Source: Macrostomum hystrix (lineage: Eukaryota; Animalia; Platyhelminthes). From it: a stretch of DNA of 64,000 nucleotides. Location: positions 558,001 to 622,000 of the forward strand of contig CATNEN010000002.1 in NCBI GenBank assembly GCA_950097015.1. The letters are read 5' to 3'. The notes under the pieces are model-generated. The model was not told where the DNA came from, searched no databases, and was given only the letters and a program-made list of their open reading frames with translations. This document shows, piece after piece, positions 45,768-60,582 of this stretch (position 1 is its first letter; each line of letters begins with the position of its first letter). Both the position numbers and the translations under genes were made by a program.

Positions 45768-48700
45768 ATTATGTTGCAGCTAAGGAAAATGGCACTCGAG
45801 CTTCTGCTGCTAATTAAGAAATTCGGGTTTGTGTTTCAGTCAAGCTGCCTTTTATATATTGATCCGCCAAGGGTCGGGAATGGAAAGCAGCCCTGTCAGC
45901 TATTGCTGCTAAATACCGTTTTGGTCCATCGGTGTGCCGATTTTGGCAGTTTTAATGCACTGTGGATAGAGCTAGCGTGCATTGTAAACAATGATTCTGC
46001 CAGCAACGAGGCGCAGCACCTCAACAGAAATCAGCTGCATCGAAGCTTTGCGTTCGGCCTCTCAAAGCCATTTTTCTTTGTGTTGAAACAGGACAGAGAA
46101 ATAAGAAATGCAGGAAGAGACAATGCAAAGACTGAAACACTTCACATCCTTGCTGATGTATATTTCATTTAGCTATTCATAAAGTATTCTTGTCTTTCAT
46201 TTTTGCCTAAAATTATTCACTCTGACAATTCCTGTGTATGCAAACAGGCAAACATCACTGATTCAACTTTAACTAAGAATAAGCTATACAAATTAAATAC
46301 ATTGAATTGGTGATTGTAGTGTTTGCACTAGCCAAATATAGAATGCGCCTGACACTTTACCTGCGTCCATCTTGTAAAATAAATTCTCACTGATTAACCA
46401 GATAATTATTCATCTGCTGTCAGACTCGGATAAAGTTTCATCCAACAACTGAATGGTTATTGACAAGTTTAAATCGGAATTTTATATGGCATAGGACTAG
46501 GACCAGTGGAATAGCGGTCCTGTTGCCGGCTGAGAGGTTCAGTGTTCAGTCATCGCGAGAGTGCCATGAGTCAAGCTTAGACTGGTGTCTGTATCTTCTG
46601 ACACCTTTTAACTCTGACACCTGTCAACTAGTTTTTTTGTTAAAAGACACGACGCGAAAAGACACGACGATAGAAACAAAATGACAACGCAATAGTCAGT
46701 TACATAGTCAAGCGCCCGCCCCAGCCCTCATCAAGGCCTGGGTGCCGGCCGCGCCGCTTGTTCTTCTGCCAGGTCGACCCTGCCGGTTTAACGAACTGGC
46801 TGCTGATTGTCCCGGCACGTGGTATCGTGCTTAAGTCGGGTCGTATCAAATTGGCTAGCCGCCCTTCTATTAGCTGGGCCCACCAGACCGGGGTTAGTCC
46901 GATGCCTTGGCTGTAGAGCAGGGTGACCCGCCGGTCGCGTGCGTAGGCCTGGCGGGGCGCGCTTGTACGAGTATAAACAACTAACCTATAACATACATTA
47001 TAGCGTCTGACTTCGGGGCGTCCGTTGGAGCTTCAAGCGGCTTGGTCAAAGGCTCAACTGTCGACTTGCTTACTTTCTGAGCATCCGATAGGGAGGTTCT
47101 TGAGATGCCGTCGGCAGCTACAGTGGAAGCAATGCTATCGGCGGCAAAGCCAATGTGCAAGTCAGCTCCCGTGGTCTCAGTCGAGGTCTTTTCGATGGCT
47201 AAAATGGTGAGATCGTTCGACAGTCGTTGCATTCACGATCGGAATTGTGATATTTGAGTGTATTCTCTAATTTCCACTCACTGTAGTTTGCCTGAAACAT
47301 TTTCGAGTTTCTCGATGGACCGAAAACTCGGTCTCCATCTCCGTGAACTGGCTGACCTTACAGGTGACGCTTACTGCAGCCTGAGGCTCCAGGAGCCGTT
47401 GGAGCAGCTGGGCTCTTCGGACCCAGCCAGAATTGGAATCAGAACTCGGACTGCAGCCTCACGATTGAGCAGACATCTGTGAGGCTGACAGTTCGAGTCG
47501 GTGGCCGTTGCTGCTGACCAGCGAGCAGGAATGCCGCGGTGCGGGCAGGGCGAAGTCCTTACTGTAGCTGAAGTGCGCCGGCTCGCCCACCAGCCAGTGA
47601 GCAGCGCCATTCAGGCTGAGCTTCACCGACCGCGAAGGAACTGCGGGTGTGGAGGCGAGACTAAATTTTTCCTCACTAGCTTCAAACCGTTTCAAAAGAG
47701 TGTAGCTTTTCCTTAAGACTGATACTCGAATGAAAACTTCGATCAACCTCATGCTGACAATTTATTAAGATGAAACTGAGCGAAAATCGGATCGCACCAA
47801 CGAACTCGAGCGTCTCATAGACAGCCTGGCTTCCGCCGTCCGAGCACCTGTAGCTAAGAGTGAGCACTGCTCCCTGCATCCATAAGTATCCGATCAGCGA
47901 GAACCTCAGCTGGTTGTCTGACAACTAAAGTGAAAAAAACAAGCTGAAATGTGTTTTCGGCTAAACAGACAGCAAAGAGAAGCGGGATGATTACCCTGTG
48001 GAATTCATTGGTCGGGTTCGGTAGCACTGGAGTGCCGTTCGGAAGCTTCATAGTCAGAGTCACGTGACCTGGCTGTATTGTACAGGGCAGATGCGCCAGC
48101 ACCGTGACGCCGCGACCATCGGTGAGAAGCCGCAGGCCGCCATAATGACACTCGGTGGATTCAGATGTGCACACTGAGAACTTTCCAGCCTCTATGGCTG
48201 AAAGCGATCAAGTTGCTCTTCATCAGGGATAGCGTCTACATAGAAAGTATCATGGATACTAGTATCAGAAAGTAACTGTATCGGAGCTGTCAGTCACTAA
48301 AAAAAGATTTATTGAATGATTTGGCTGTAGGAATGGTGCAAGTTTCTGTATACAATGCCCGAAAATATTACTCAGAATTGCCAAGCCGACGAAGCTCATG
48401 TTCGCGTAATGGTCGGCCAGCTTACTCAGCAGGATGACGGACGCTCTGGTCTGCAATGCCGGACAGCTCAAATTGGAAATCAATTCTTGGGAGCTAGGAA
48501 ATCAATATCGAATATTTTTTAAATTCTAAATTCCAAAATCAGGACGCCCACCTGACTGACCAGCGAGCAGCAGGAGACTGTGAGCCGCTCCACGACTGCG
48601 ATCCCCGCAGCCTTGGCGGAGCCGCACAGTGAGAAGTGCTCTGATGGCTCGGCGCATCTGATGGCAGCGTACAGCTGTTCAGTCCAAGGACTGGGACTCC

Positions 48701-51700
48701 CCACCCTAAATTACCAAAACTACCAATCACCCCAGCTAATATTGCTATCCATTTAACAGCTGGATGAACTGAAGCAGTGCAGATTTTTGTGTTTTTCTAA
48801 ATGACACAAATTGTGTCATGTCACAGTGGAGTCGTGAATCGAACCCCCGACCTTCAAGTCGGGAGTCCGACGCTCTAACCACTAGACCACGAGCCCACTC
48901 GGAGTCCAGCAACACCTATAGCTCTAAGCAAATCTCACTTACAATTCAATGTTTTGTGACCCACAGAGGTGCAGTAGACAGTGGTAGCCATGTATTGTAA
49001 AATGGGATTTCGGAAATCGGAACCTGTGCTACTCATACACTTTATTGCTATATTCATGATAACAAACTTCAAATAAGAAAATACAATAAATGTACGGCCA
49101 CGTGTTTCTCATACTCTGAGCGTAAATTTTGTGTATATTAAGTAGTTAGCACATTTATTTAAATGCTTGAATAAATAAGCAAATAAAATGACTATACAAT
49201 TTTGATAAACATTTTAGCGTAAAAGTACTGTCAGAAAATAGCTCCGCATATTATAAACTATAAGAAATTTTATAGAAATTAAAAATGTTCATCGCTTTAT
49301 TAAAAGCTGCAATATTAACACTCAAAATGTCAGTCAGTTACCATTAAAGATTCTAAAGCTTGAAATAGAATATCTTGCTGTGTAGCTCTTAACAGGAATA
49401 AACAACGAGATAACTTCCGGATTCATTCTAGGCATATGTATAACTTATTCGTGAGCACCGACTGTGGTTCAACCTGTGCTTCACCAGGGCGCAACTCTAA
49501 ATATAGAGAAACTAAAGTATTGATGGATACACTGGAAATTCAATCCTTATATTAAGAATATTTCACAATTTAAACACGGGATTATAAACAAAAAATGTCT
49601 AATTATAGCGAGTCATCTAGAATAAGTTCTAAACAGGAAGAATTACTGAATATTTACTTTTGATAAATTTCTACAGCTAATAGAATGTGTTTATTAAAAG
49701 GAAGACAGCCATCGAGGACGAACTCAGCAAGAAGGATAACAGTTTCCTGAACAATTCTTTGAAGTCAAGTCTTGAACGTGAGAACTATTAGCACAATTTC
49801 TTACACTGACTACTCTAAAGCACTTAGAGCTACATTCAGTGCACTTCAGTATGCTCAGCAACTTCCAGTTGAAATAAAAGCAAGTCCATGTCCGTATTTT
49901 ATCCATGACTCGTCGATAAACTAAACTCGACTTTCTAATTTTAAAGCACTCGCCACTACATCTGGCCCTCTTGATGGACACCCTCCATCGAATCAAGTGG
50001 CTGGCGTATGACTCGTCCATTGCAGTCGCAGCTGACAAATGTCCTACCGTCGGTGTCAATGTGACCCACAATGTCTGTGTACAAGGTGAGGCTGCTCTCG
50101 GAGAGCTCTGCTGGCGGAAACTGACTAGATGCCCCCGGTTCTGGTTTCACCACTTGCAAGTAAACATCACCGGAGTCTGCGTAAGAGGTACCAGGCATGA
50201 TTAGTGGCAGGGCAGGTGCTACAGACTTAGCCGCATTGTCATGTGTCGCTAGTGTGCCTGTTTTGCTAGGTATTGCCAGCTTTGTAGATTTGCCATTTGA
50301 GCCACATTTGGTTGGCTTAGCAGTTTTGCTGAGAGAAGCACGTTTAGCATTAGAGGCTCGATCAGATCTGGGGCGCGAGGCGGATTTGGCCGTTGACAGC
50401 GGTCGGACTCGTCTCTCAACAGCCAGTTCAGAGACTCTGCGGCCAGTGGCGTCCGTCGGCTTGCGGCGGCTGCGCACGATGCAGAGAGCCACAATGAGAC
50501 CCAGGGTGAGCAGCGAGGCCGTTGTTGCCGAGATGCCAATTCCCACTGATATGAAGAACAGATGGGTGGGCTCAGTTGAAGAGCCTCCTGGAATCGAAGT
50601 GGTGGTCCATTGATTTGCAGTAACTGAAAGTATACATCGAGCAATGAGTATTTTAAATTTAATTTCAGCTTTTGTATGGCAGAAAAAAAACAGAATACAA
50701 TCAAAATATATAAAATAAATCAGCGTCAAATCATTCTAAATGTCGGAAAAAATAGGATACAAATGTAGTGTCAGCTTGTTTGCCCTTCTATCTCCCCGTG
50801 TTATTATTCAGTACTTATTTTTAGACGTGTATTTTGCTAAGAGTTCACCCACGCCAAGCCGGGCCGGACCAGCTGGGGGAACGGACGCCCACCACCCGGC
50901 GAGCGCTACCCCTGGGCTACGGTCCCGGCCAATCAGCGAGCGACCCGGCCTCACTACCTGTCTACCCTCGGCAAGAAGCGACCCCGGGGCTCAGAACGGC
51001 GGTCGCAAGTCTACTGCGATTTGTCGCCTTGGCTCAAGCTACAGCCAGGCATCCACCTCGCCGATCGACCTAATTTGGGGTTAAAATGACTCTATATAAC
51101 GAAGCGTGTTTTTGTAGTCCAAATTATCTTTTTCTTCGCAATTCGCCTCACACTGTGAGAAGCACGTGCAAATTATTGTTCTCCGCAATTCGCCTCACAC
51201 TGTGAGAAGCACGTGCAAACTATAGTCCACTTGTTTTGTCCCTCCCCGCCCGACCACACTCCGCTTGTTCAGTTAGGTAGCTTTCGGCGCTACGCGTCTT
51301 GAGAGTGCGCCGCTGACAAGGGTGGTCTAGATAGGCGCTTGTTGTCGAAGTCAGTACGTGCTCTCTTCGGAGACTCCGCCGTCAGGCAGAAGGAGTGCCA
51401 ACCGATAGGATCTGTCGGGGCAGCGCTGAAAGCAGAGACAACTGGAGCCTCTCGGGAAGAGTAGGGCGCGGATGTAGGCCAGTTAAGTAAAAATTGTTAT
51501 ATCCAAATTGTTAGACCAGACTTGCTTCTCACTGTGAGCGCGCTATAATTTATTTCCGTGTGAACATCTATTCTGTCAGTAAAACTTTTAAGTCAAGTGA
51601 ACGATATTCAAAGTAATTCCTATTCGTATCTGTAATCTTAGTCACAGCCAATTAACTCACTCCTAATCAAATTATTCGAGTCTTCGCGTTCATACTGTGT

Positions 51701-51973
51701 TATTCTTTTTCATTGGGAGTTTCGCCGGGCCGGAGGACGACACACTGGTCTTATCGCTTATCTATTCCACTTCGCTCGCTACCGCATTCTCTAACGCTAT
51801 TTAATTCCAGATTTCCCTGCTGCTATTGAAACGATTGGTAGGACACCGACCCCGGTGAATAGTGAATAGTCGCTAGCTTCAAATACCTCACGCTCCAGCT
51901 AGGACATTCATTTTATTACACAAAGGATACGTAAATTACTATATGATATAAAGGCTAAGGCAAAAATTAAACA
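38951..51973. repeat. Tandem array unit 2 (13,023 bp)
   Basis: Colinear and near-identical to units 1 and 3 (offset 13023 to the start of unit 3). Confidence 0.95.
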
Positions 51974-54900
51974 TTTTTACTTTGGCTTGCCTGTAACTCC
52001 CGTACGAATACGGCAGTTTTATCAGTCAATTGACTTACTTATCAAACTACTGAATGCAACACTATGCGCTCACAATCAGCTGTGAGGCTTTCTACGAGCG
52101 CAAACTCAAAACAAGGCCTAAACTTTTCTCTCCGTGGCAATGGCTGGCTGGCTTAGAATATCTATGGTCTATCACATAGGGAACCACTCCGATTATTTTT
52201 TCGCTAAAATTTCGTCTGTTAAGCCTGCATTGTGCAAACAGACAAAAGACTACAGAACGGGATGTTTATTGCAAGGATACCAGTCTAATACAGCCTTTGT
52301 CCAAAAGACAAACAATCATTTCATTGGGTCTGAGGCAGAGCATGCGTCAACTTACAACCGTCAAAACGGAAATTAGAAACTAGAAAACTGTTCAACCGAC
52401 AATCGCATGAACTGATTAGTTGTTAGATAAGCTATTGATAAGCTACGAGCTAGCACTGCCTTTACTCAACTGAATAATCTATGACGACTCAAAAGCAACA
52501 CAAATTAAAAAGCGATCGCAATGAGCTTAGCTTAGCATTTCGCATATACAATGTACTTACTTAACTCACTGCAGTTAAATGAATGCTCTGTTCGATTGAG
52601 CACATTCTTGCCAGCTGCAGTTTGATTAACGTGGCAGACTATCCGGACATGGCTTGGAGCTTGGCATTGCTGCAGTGAAATCTTGAGAATCGTACCATTT
52701 TCAACTGGTAAAAGTTTCGGCACTGACACACTGGAATCGCTCTGCAAAGTTGGGGTAGCGCTTTGAATTTCGGAATACTTGTGAAGGGATGGACACGTCA
52801 GGCACGTCAGAAGCGCATAGATGCTTAAGAATTTGTGAAGAAATAACACGAGCGAAAGTCAGGAAGGAAGCAGAAGACGGAAATTAGGGAGCTCTTCTTA
52901 GACGATAGAATATGCTTGTATTGACATAACAAAGCTGATACGAGCGAATCTGACAAGGGCAATGGTGGGATGATTGACAAAGTGAACTATTGCATTAGAG
53001 TATTTCAATCAATATAAGCAAAACTAGTAGCATGTTAATAATAATAATATTCCAGGAGGGCTGCGGGCAATGGCACATCATTTAGTGACACTAGACCCGC
53101 AGCAACCCCGAAACTTGTAGCGTAAAAGGACAACGAATTTCCAAACCTATATGAAGAAATGGACTCACTAAATTCATCGAACACATTTTACTTGGCTTTG
53201 GATTCGCTTCCGAAACTGAAACTTCAACAAACGCGTGACTTTGGTTCGGTCCATGAAGCTTGAAGGTAACCTGAGGCTGATCTACAAAGAAATAAATCAA
53301 TAGCAGAAGCTGGTGATTGGATGATGATAAAAAATTTATGAGAACTATTCTGTATCTCTCACAAAATACGCTGACGTTTTGAACAAGCTGATCAGCTCTG
53401 CTTGAGCACGGGTGATTGGCGATGCACACCAGTTTGGACCCGTGCATCGATCGATGCGCTGTGATGCGGAACGTGGACTGGCCGTTTGATTCAGAAATAT
53501 TTTCTAGTGAGATCTTCTCCTGCAAAGCAGTTTATTCAGTTATTTTGTGCTTATGCGATTCTTATATGTCAATAAAGAAATTGAAAACATACAGATTGCA
53601 GTTTAGTCTTGAGCTGCAGCCAGCATTGGTGCTTCACTTGAGGGCTATCACTGACTGAGCTGACATTGACAGAAATGACGTCGCCCTCCCAAACACTGAC
53701 AGTCTGCGTTGCTGTCCATCTGCTTTCGGGCTGCTCTAAAACGGAATAATTGTATCATTAAGAACGCCAAACGTAAACGAATCAGTGCGCAGTGTCATCA
53801 GGCGAGACGCTGGGTTGTGTACTATTTTCCGTCAGTCTAATTATTGATTCCGACTTCCGTTTCGACTACCTCTTCCACTTCCATCTGATGCTACCCAAAC
53901 CTCTTATTGGTCAAATCTCAAAAAATCAATCCGATTGATACAGATTGAAGTCTCGCTGTTTTGCGCAACCCAACCACAATGACTCCTGCAAGGCTTTGAA
54001 AGGTACCGACTTGTGCTCAATGGAGCTCATTCACTGTGCATGCGAATCTTTTCCTAAGTTCTCTGAGTGCAATAGCTCGACACACTAGCGGATACTTTTT
54101 CACCTGCTCCCAAGGCATACGATCCAAGTTATTAGGACACGGCCAATGCCGCATGTCGCAACGAATACATACAGCACTATCGAGCTGTTTTGGCCGGGGT
54201 CGGTGGCAGAGCGGTAAACGCATTTGACTCTCGCACCAAGGTCCCTAAGTTAAATTCCACGGCGAGGCCACATTTATATGGGGCCCAGACGCGGAGGGAG
54301 GCTTATGGGTGTAACTACGAGCTGTCCCGCATCTCATCGCTCCGCTGTCTCATCTTTTCCTGTCTCATCTCTCACGTGTCTCATCTCTCCTCTCGTACAA
54401 TTCAGGCTAAACTTGTTTCTGTTCATAAAAAATATAAATGTTTGCATGTATAAAGTCACACACAAGCTTAAGTTTCTCTAACAGTGCGGGCATCTCAGAG
54501 CAATCAACGAGAAGTACTCACTTTGCAGGTTAATTATGCTGCTGTTAAACTCTGCCGCATCGGCACCCGAGAAATTTTGCTTCATTCTGCAGCTAATCAC
54601 CTTCCCACTGTCCTCCAATGTCACGTTGAAACTGAAGGCAAAGCCACCCTGGACCACTTTCTGCAAAAATGTAACCATGGTATCTTAAGACTTCGCTTTA
54701 AGCAATCCCAGTCACACATGGGATAGCTGATGTCGGGGCTAAAGTGATTTAAGCATTTTGTACTTGGCCTCACATTGCGTGACTCTGAAAATGTGCCAGC
54801 GAAAGTGCAGCTGACAAATGAGGCTTCAGGATTTCCAAGGTCGGTCACATTGAGGCGGAAATGTGCAGTGAAGCCGTGACACAAGACTGGGGACAGCTGC

Positions 54901-57900
54901 TGTACTGTTGCAGCTGGCCGGTCTACAATGGAATAACATTCGTATTTAGATTGTGTATGACACTTGCAATCTGTTCTACACTGCTTATTTTGAAAGACAG
55001 AATGCCAGTTTAAACTTTTCGGTAAATTCAGGGAGGAAAAACCTCAGTAAAAACGGAGACTATTGACCAAGTCCGAGGGCATTGAGTAGATATACTCTAG
55101 GAATATACATCTAGAAGTGTTAGTTGGACTCTGTCAGAGTCTGAAATTTAATAAAGAATTCGAATAGTGTCTGTATATACTCGCATGCGCATTGACCGCT
55201 AAAACAAACTGCTCAGAAACATTTTTTCTTACGTTGAATGGCTTCTTTGTAAGTCCCGTGACTGGGACACGTCACTTGTGTACCACTCAGTGGAAAGTAG
55301 GAAATTTACATTCTTGGGGTTCGCTTCCAGCCCAGTTGCTATGCCAAATATCCATTAGCAACCAGCTAAGGCAAAGAGGAATTTGAAGTACAGAAGCAAA
55401 TAAAGCAGAGAATGGAGCATCATCATGAGACAGGGTACAGCAGAAAGGGGAGGGACAGGAGACGATAAGAAATAATTGTGCAAACAAACAATATTTCCAA
55501 AATGGAATTTGCTAGCAATCTACAAGCCTTTGGGTTTCCATGAAACTGATCAGCTTCTTCCAGCCAGAGAACAGACCCAGGCTACTCACAGTACACAGGT
55601 GGAGCATTTATAGACTCGTTCCTTTCACAGCCGAGTCCCGGCTGGCTCACAGAGCACCGGATGCGGGCTGAAGAACCCCATCGTCTGGATGCGTTTCCGG
55701 TGAAAGACTCGCTTGCGACTGACTTCTGCAGAAATGAAGCCGAGAAATCAGCGACCATTTCTCATGAAAGTAGCTCAAAATGTCCAACTAATGAAGGCAT
55801 GTGACTTCAAATCTCCCATTATTTCTTAGAAAGCTGCTCGTGATAGAATTATTGGACATTCTACAATCTTTCATAAACTACTTACAGAAAGGCTTCTCAT
55901 TGTTTCTTCTCCTTGCTGGGTGAGCACTGAGCAATGATAGCTGGTGTGAAACGGCCAGTTGCTGCTTGTTGAGTTCACTGTGACACTGACGACTGATCCT
56001 TCCAGCCAGTAGCTGCCGGGTGACAGTGAGATGCGAGCCTCACAGGGGTCTGAAGTGCACGCAGGGTGTAAGCAAGGATAATGATTCGCTTGTCACACGT
56101 GCTTCAAATATTTCTATCTAAGATTTTGTAGCATATCAGCTTACAAACTAACGGAGGAATTTTCAGTGTTTGCTTTGTAGTTTCAGATTTGGTATTATAC
56201 GCAGAGTGGCTAGCATTTGAACTTAATTCTTGTCCACAAGAGATACAGCGGTTCTCCAGGGATGAGCTCACATCCAACCTGAACTCGTAGACCACGTTTA
56301 GACAGAAGTGGCACGAGCTGGTGCTTTTGGTTTCCAATTTCTGAAAATGTCAGCAATTGTTTGTTTAGTCAGACTCATTGCCAAATATGACTGCCATGTG
56401 CTAGCTGTCTTACATTCACTCACCACGAGCTTCCTTTTTATTTCGTATGTTGAGTAGTTCTGACATTTGTAATTAACTTGTTTTTCTCCAGGTCTAATTT
56501 TCTGCTCCAAGCAGTTGCAAACTCTACAGGCAATCAATGTCACAGGAAATCCGCCATCACTGGTGACGCTGAAGATGACGGATCTTCCTTCTACCCAGAA
56601 CTGGCGCCCACCGATTTGTAGACCGGAATCATTGAAGTTTAATTGCAAGTCTATGGGTGTCACTGAGTGAATTGTGGGCATTCATTTATTATATAATTCA
56701 GTTTACGGCATGTAAAAACAACAAGAGAATCATATTACTTAAAAAATTATAATATTTTGTTATAGTATTCAGAGGGATGCAATCGGCTGCCATTGCGCAA
56801 CCGTCAGTCAAATTGACCCGAACCTAGCGGGGCCGCAGCATGAAAAATGTAGTGAGAATAGATCTGGACCCTTGTGAGTCTCATCAGATATCTTAATACG
56901 GTGGAATGCCAGACTGCATGATCGCACAGCTGACACTGTTGAAGGCAGCTAATCTGAGAGCTCTCTGATTCGGAGAGCTAATCTGAGGTCAGCAACGATT
57001 TGATCCGCTGAGTTCATTCAATCTCTCTTGTTTTCATCGTGAGAAAAGTAAACAAATCAGTAAAATGCATATCGAGTACCATCGAATTGCAGCCTTGTCG
57101 AGGCACTGCGGGTTGAGTTGTGGCAGCTGAATTCGCACAGGAGAACCCAATCGAACAGACTGTTCATTGGTTTTAGTTCCAGCAAAAAGTTCCATGCCTC
57201 AGGCTTCAAAACTTTCTGGAATAAGAGAAAATCACCACTCCGTGCTTGCTGACAGGCAAAACTGATCAACCAAGGTGAATGGTCAGCTCAGGACTTACCA
57301 ATGTCCCATTCCACTGCTCGCCAGCCTGAGATGTGATGCTGCAGCTGGGATGTCTGCCGGAATCCATTGGGCACAGCAGAGACACGTTCACATGGATTGA
57401 ATCACCGAGTTTCAAATGTTTCAGCCCAGGTTTGCATCGCTCAGTCTTGCTCGAGACGGAGGCACAAGTAGAAAAATAAGCATGGTTTGCTTCTGCACAG
57501 GAATGAGAGATACCCAGTGTTTTAGAGAGAGTAGAACAAGTCCATATTACAAGTCCAAAAACATTCAGTTCGGAATATTACGAGCGCATAGCAATTTTAA
57601 GGCTCAATGAGATCAATGAGATACGAAAGCTCACCTTCTGTGATATCCAAGCCGTTGAAGGATGAGAATGAACTCCCTCGACGCTGCCGAATAAGAATGT
57701 GCTCAGTCGGCTGCAATGTGAGTTGTGATGCATGAGCTTAGAACAGTCATCTGATCAATCTGGACTCTCAGTCGAGTCAGTGGAGAGTGCAGTTACCAGT
57801 GGAATGGCGGTCCTGTTGCACTGCACGAAGAACTCCGCAGTCGAGCCGGCTGAGACGCCTGCCCAGCCGCAGGAGGACAGAGCGGTCGAGTTGTGTCTGA

Positions 57901-58680
57901 GCACGGCGCGGCAGTTCGAGTCAGCCGCGAACGCTTCGGGTGGCAAACAGCTGCCGAGGAGAACCTGCAAGCCGCTGCCTCCAGCTGAAATTGCAAAGCG
58001 GCTGCCTTGACAACAACGAACTGACTCTGAGCTCAGCTGCGACTCACCTGCGTGCACAGTGACTGACAGCACTCGGACTTCTCTGACCAGCTTCAGCAGC
58101 AGCCAGTGGAAGCCGTCAGAGTCAGCGACTCTCCCGAGGCTCCAGGGCCGCTCGCTGAACTGGGTCTCGCTGACGCAGCTCGGAGAACTGGCTCCGCCGG
58201 ACTGCCAACCGGCAGCCGCGTCCGCGAGGGAGACGCGGAACGTCCGGCTGTCAGCCGCGCCTGCCAGTAGGCCTGAGGTTGGTGTAATTAGGTCGAATTA
58301 TGTATAAAAAACATGCAGAAATGTAGCAGGCAGTCACGGTACATTAATGGTCATTTTGGAGTGATAAAAATGGCTCCGGTCTGAAATCTCCTCTCCAAAG
58401 ATTTTATGCGACCGATTGAATAAATACAGAATTGAACTCACTGCCAACTGAAATGGCTGTGACAGCTGACGCAATACGAGCTATAAGGTTAGGGAATTTC
58501 AAGTTTTGCAAGAAGACCAAATTTTTATTTAGTTTTTTCTAGAATTTTTAAGAATACATAGCTGTTTAATAAATCATTTAACGAGTTTCTGGCTTGTAAG
58601 TCTGTTAGGTTGCCGTTTGTTTCTTGATTGAGCTTTTGTGATCGAGGATTGAGTTCAGTATCGCAGCATTCTTACCACAC

Positions 58681-58724
<44 letters not shown>

Positions 58725-58775
58725 TAAGGACCACAAGAAGCTCTGCCAAGAAGACAGTTGACAGAAGCTCGGCAT
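49956..58775 (-). CDS. Ig-superfamily-like single-pass receptor, copy B (complete within window)
   Basis: Same exon structure as copy A; ATG at 58775, TM exon 50623-49956. Confidence 0.78.
50764..51920. mobile_element. Solo LTR, copy shared with unit 1
   Basis: Appears identical to 37741-38897 with the same CAAA TSD. Confidence 0.8.
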
Positions 58776-60501
58776 ATTTTGTTGCAGCTAATGAAAGTGG
58801 TACTCGAGCTTCTGCTGCTAATTAAGAAATTCGGGTTTGTGTTTCAGTCAAGCTGCCTTTTATACTTTGATCCGCCAAGGGTCGGGAATGGAAAGCAGCC
58901 CTGTCAGCTATTGCTGCTAAATACCGTTTTGGTCCATCGGTGTGCCGATTTTGGCAGTTTTAATGCACAGTGGATAGAGCTAGCGTGCATTGTAAACAAT
59001 GATTCTGCCAGCAACGAGGCGCAGCACCTCAACAGAAATCAGCTGCATCGAAGCTTTGCGTTCGGCCTCTCAAAGCCATTTTTCTTTGTGCTGAAACAGG
59101 ACAGAGAAATAAGAAATGCAGGAAGAGACAATGCAAAGACTGAAACACTTCACATCCTTGCTGATGTATATTTCATTTAGCTATTCATAAAGTATTCTTG
59201 TCTTTCCTTTTTGCCTAAAATTATTCACTCTGACAATTCCTGTGTATGCAAACAGGCAAACATCACTGATTCAACTTTAACTAAGAATAAGCTATACAAA
59301 TTAAATACATTGAATTGCTGATTGTAGTGTTTGCACTAGCCATATATAGAATGCGCCTGACACTTTACCTGCGTCCATCTTGTAAAATAAATTCTCACTG
59401 ATTAACCAAATAATTATTCATCTGCTGTCAGACTCGGATAAAGTTTCATCCAACAACTGAATGGTTATTGACAAGTTTAAATCGGAATTTTATATGGCAT
59501 AGGACTAGGACCAGTGGAATAGCGGTCCTGTTGCCGGCTGAGAGGTTCAGTGTTCAGTCATCGCGAGAGTGCCATGAGTCAAGCTTAGACTGGTGTCTGT
59601 ATCTTCTGACACCTTTTAACTCTGACACCTGTCAACTAGTTTTTTTGTTAAAAGACACGACGCGAAAAGACACGACGATAGAAACAAAATGACAACGCAA
59701 TAGTCAGTTACATAGTCAAGCGCCCGCCCCAGCCCTCATCAAGGCCTGGGTGCCGGCCGCGCCGCTTGTTCTTCTGCCAGGTCGACCCTGCCGGTTTAAC
59801 GAACTGGCTGCTGATTGTCCCGGCACGTGGTATCGTGCTTAAGTCGGGTCGTATCAAATTGGCTAGCCGCCCTTCTATTAGCTGGGCCCACCAGACCGGG
59901 GTTAGTCCGATGCCTTGGCTGTAGAGCAGGGTGACCCGCCGGTCGCGTGCGTAGGCCTGGCGGGGCGCGCTTGTACGAGTATAAACAACTAACCTATAAC
60001 ATACATTATAGCGTCTGACTTCGGGGCGTCCGTTGGAGCTTCAAGCGGCTTGGTCAAAGGCTCAACTGTCGACTTGCTTACTTTCTGAGCATCCGATAGG
60101 GAGGTTCTTGAGATGCCGTCGGCAGCTACAGTGGAAGCAATGCTATCGGCGGCAAAGCCAATGTGCAAGTCAGCTCCCGTGGTCTCAGTCGAGGTCTTTT
60201 CGATGGCTAAAATGGTGAGATCGTTCGACAGTCGTTGCATTCACGATCGGAATTGTGATATTTGAGTGTATTCTCTAATTTCCACTCACTGTAGTTTGCC
60301 TGAAACATTTTCGAGTTTCTCGATGGACCGAAAACTCGGTCTCCATCTCCGTGAACTGGCTGACCTTACAGGTGACGCTTACTGCAGCCTGAGGCTCCAG
60401 GAGCCGTTGGAGCAGCTGGGCTCTTCGGACCCAGCCAGAATTGGAATCAGAACTCGGACTGCAGCCTCACGATTGAGCAGACATCTGTGAGGCTGACAGT
60501 T

Positions 60502-60582
60502 GCCAGGGGTTAGCGATATGGGCGGCTTCAGCCGCCTCCTCGCTGCGTCCGTCATGGAGGCTCCCTGCCGCTAAGTCAAGAA
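60502..60582 (+). mobile_element. 81-bp 5'-truncated copy of the LINE 3' end
   Basis: Matches the reverse complement of ~17770-17850; 13-bp TSD GAGGCTGACAGTT (60489-60501, 60583-60595); absent from units 1 and 2. Confidence 0.92.
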
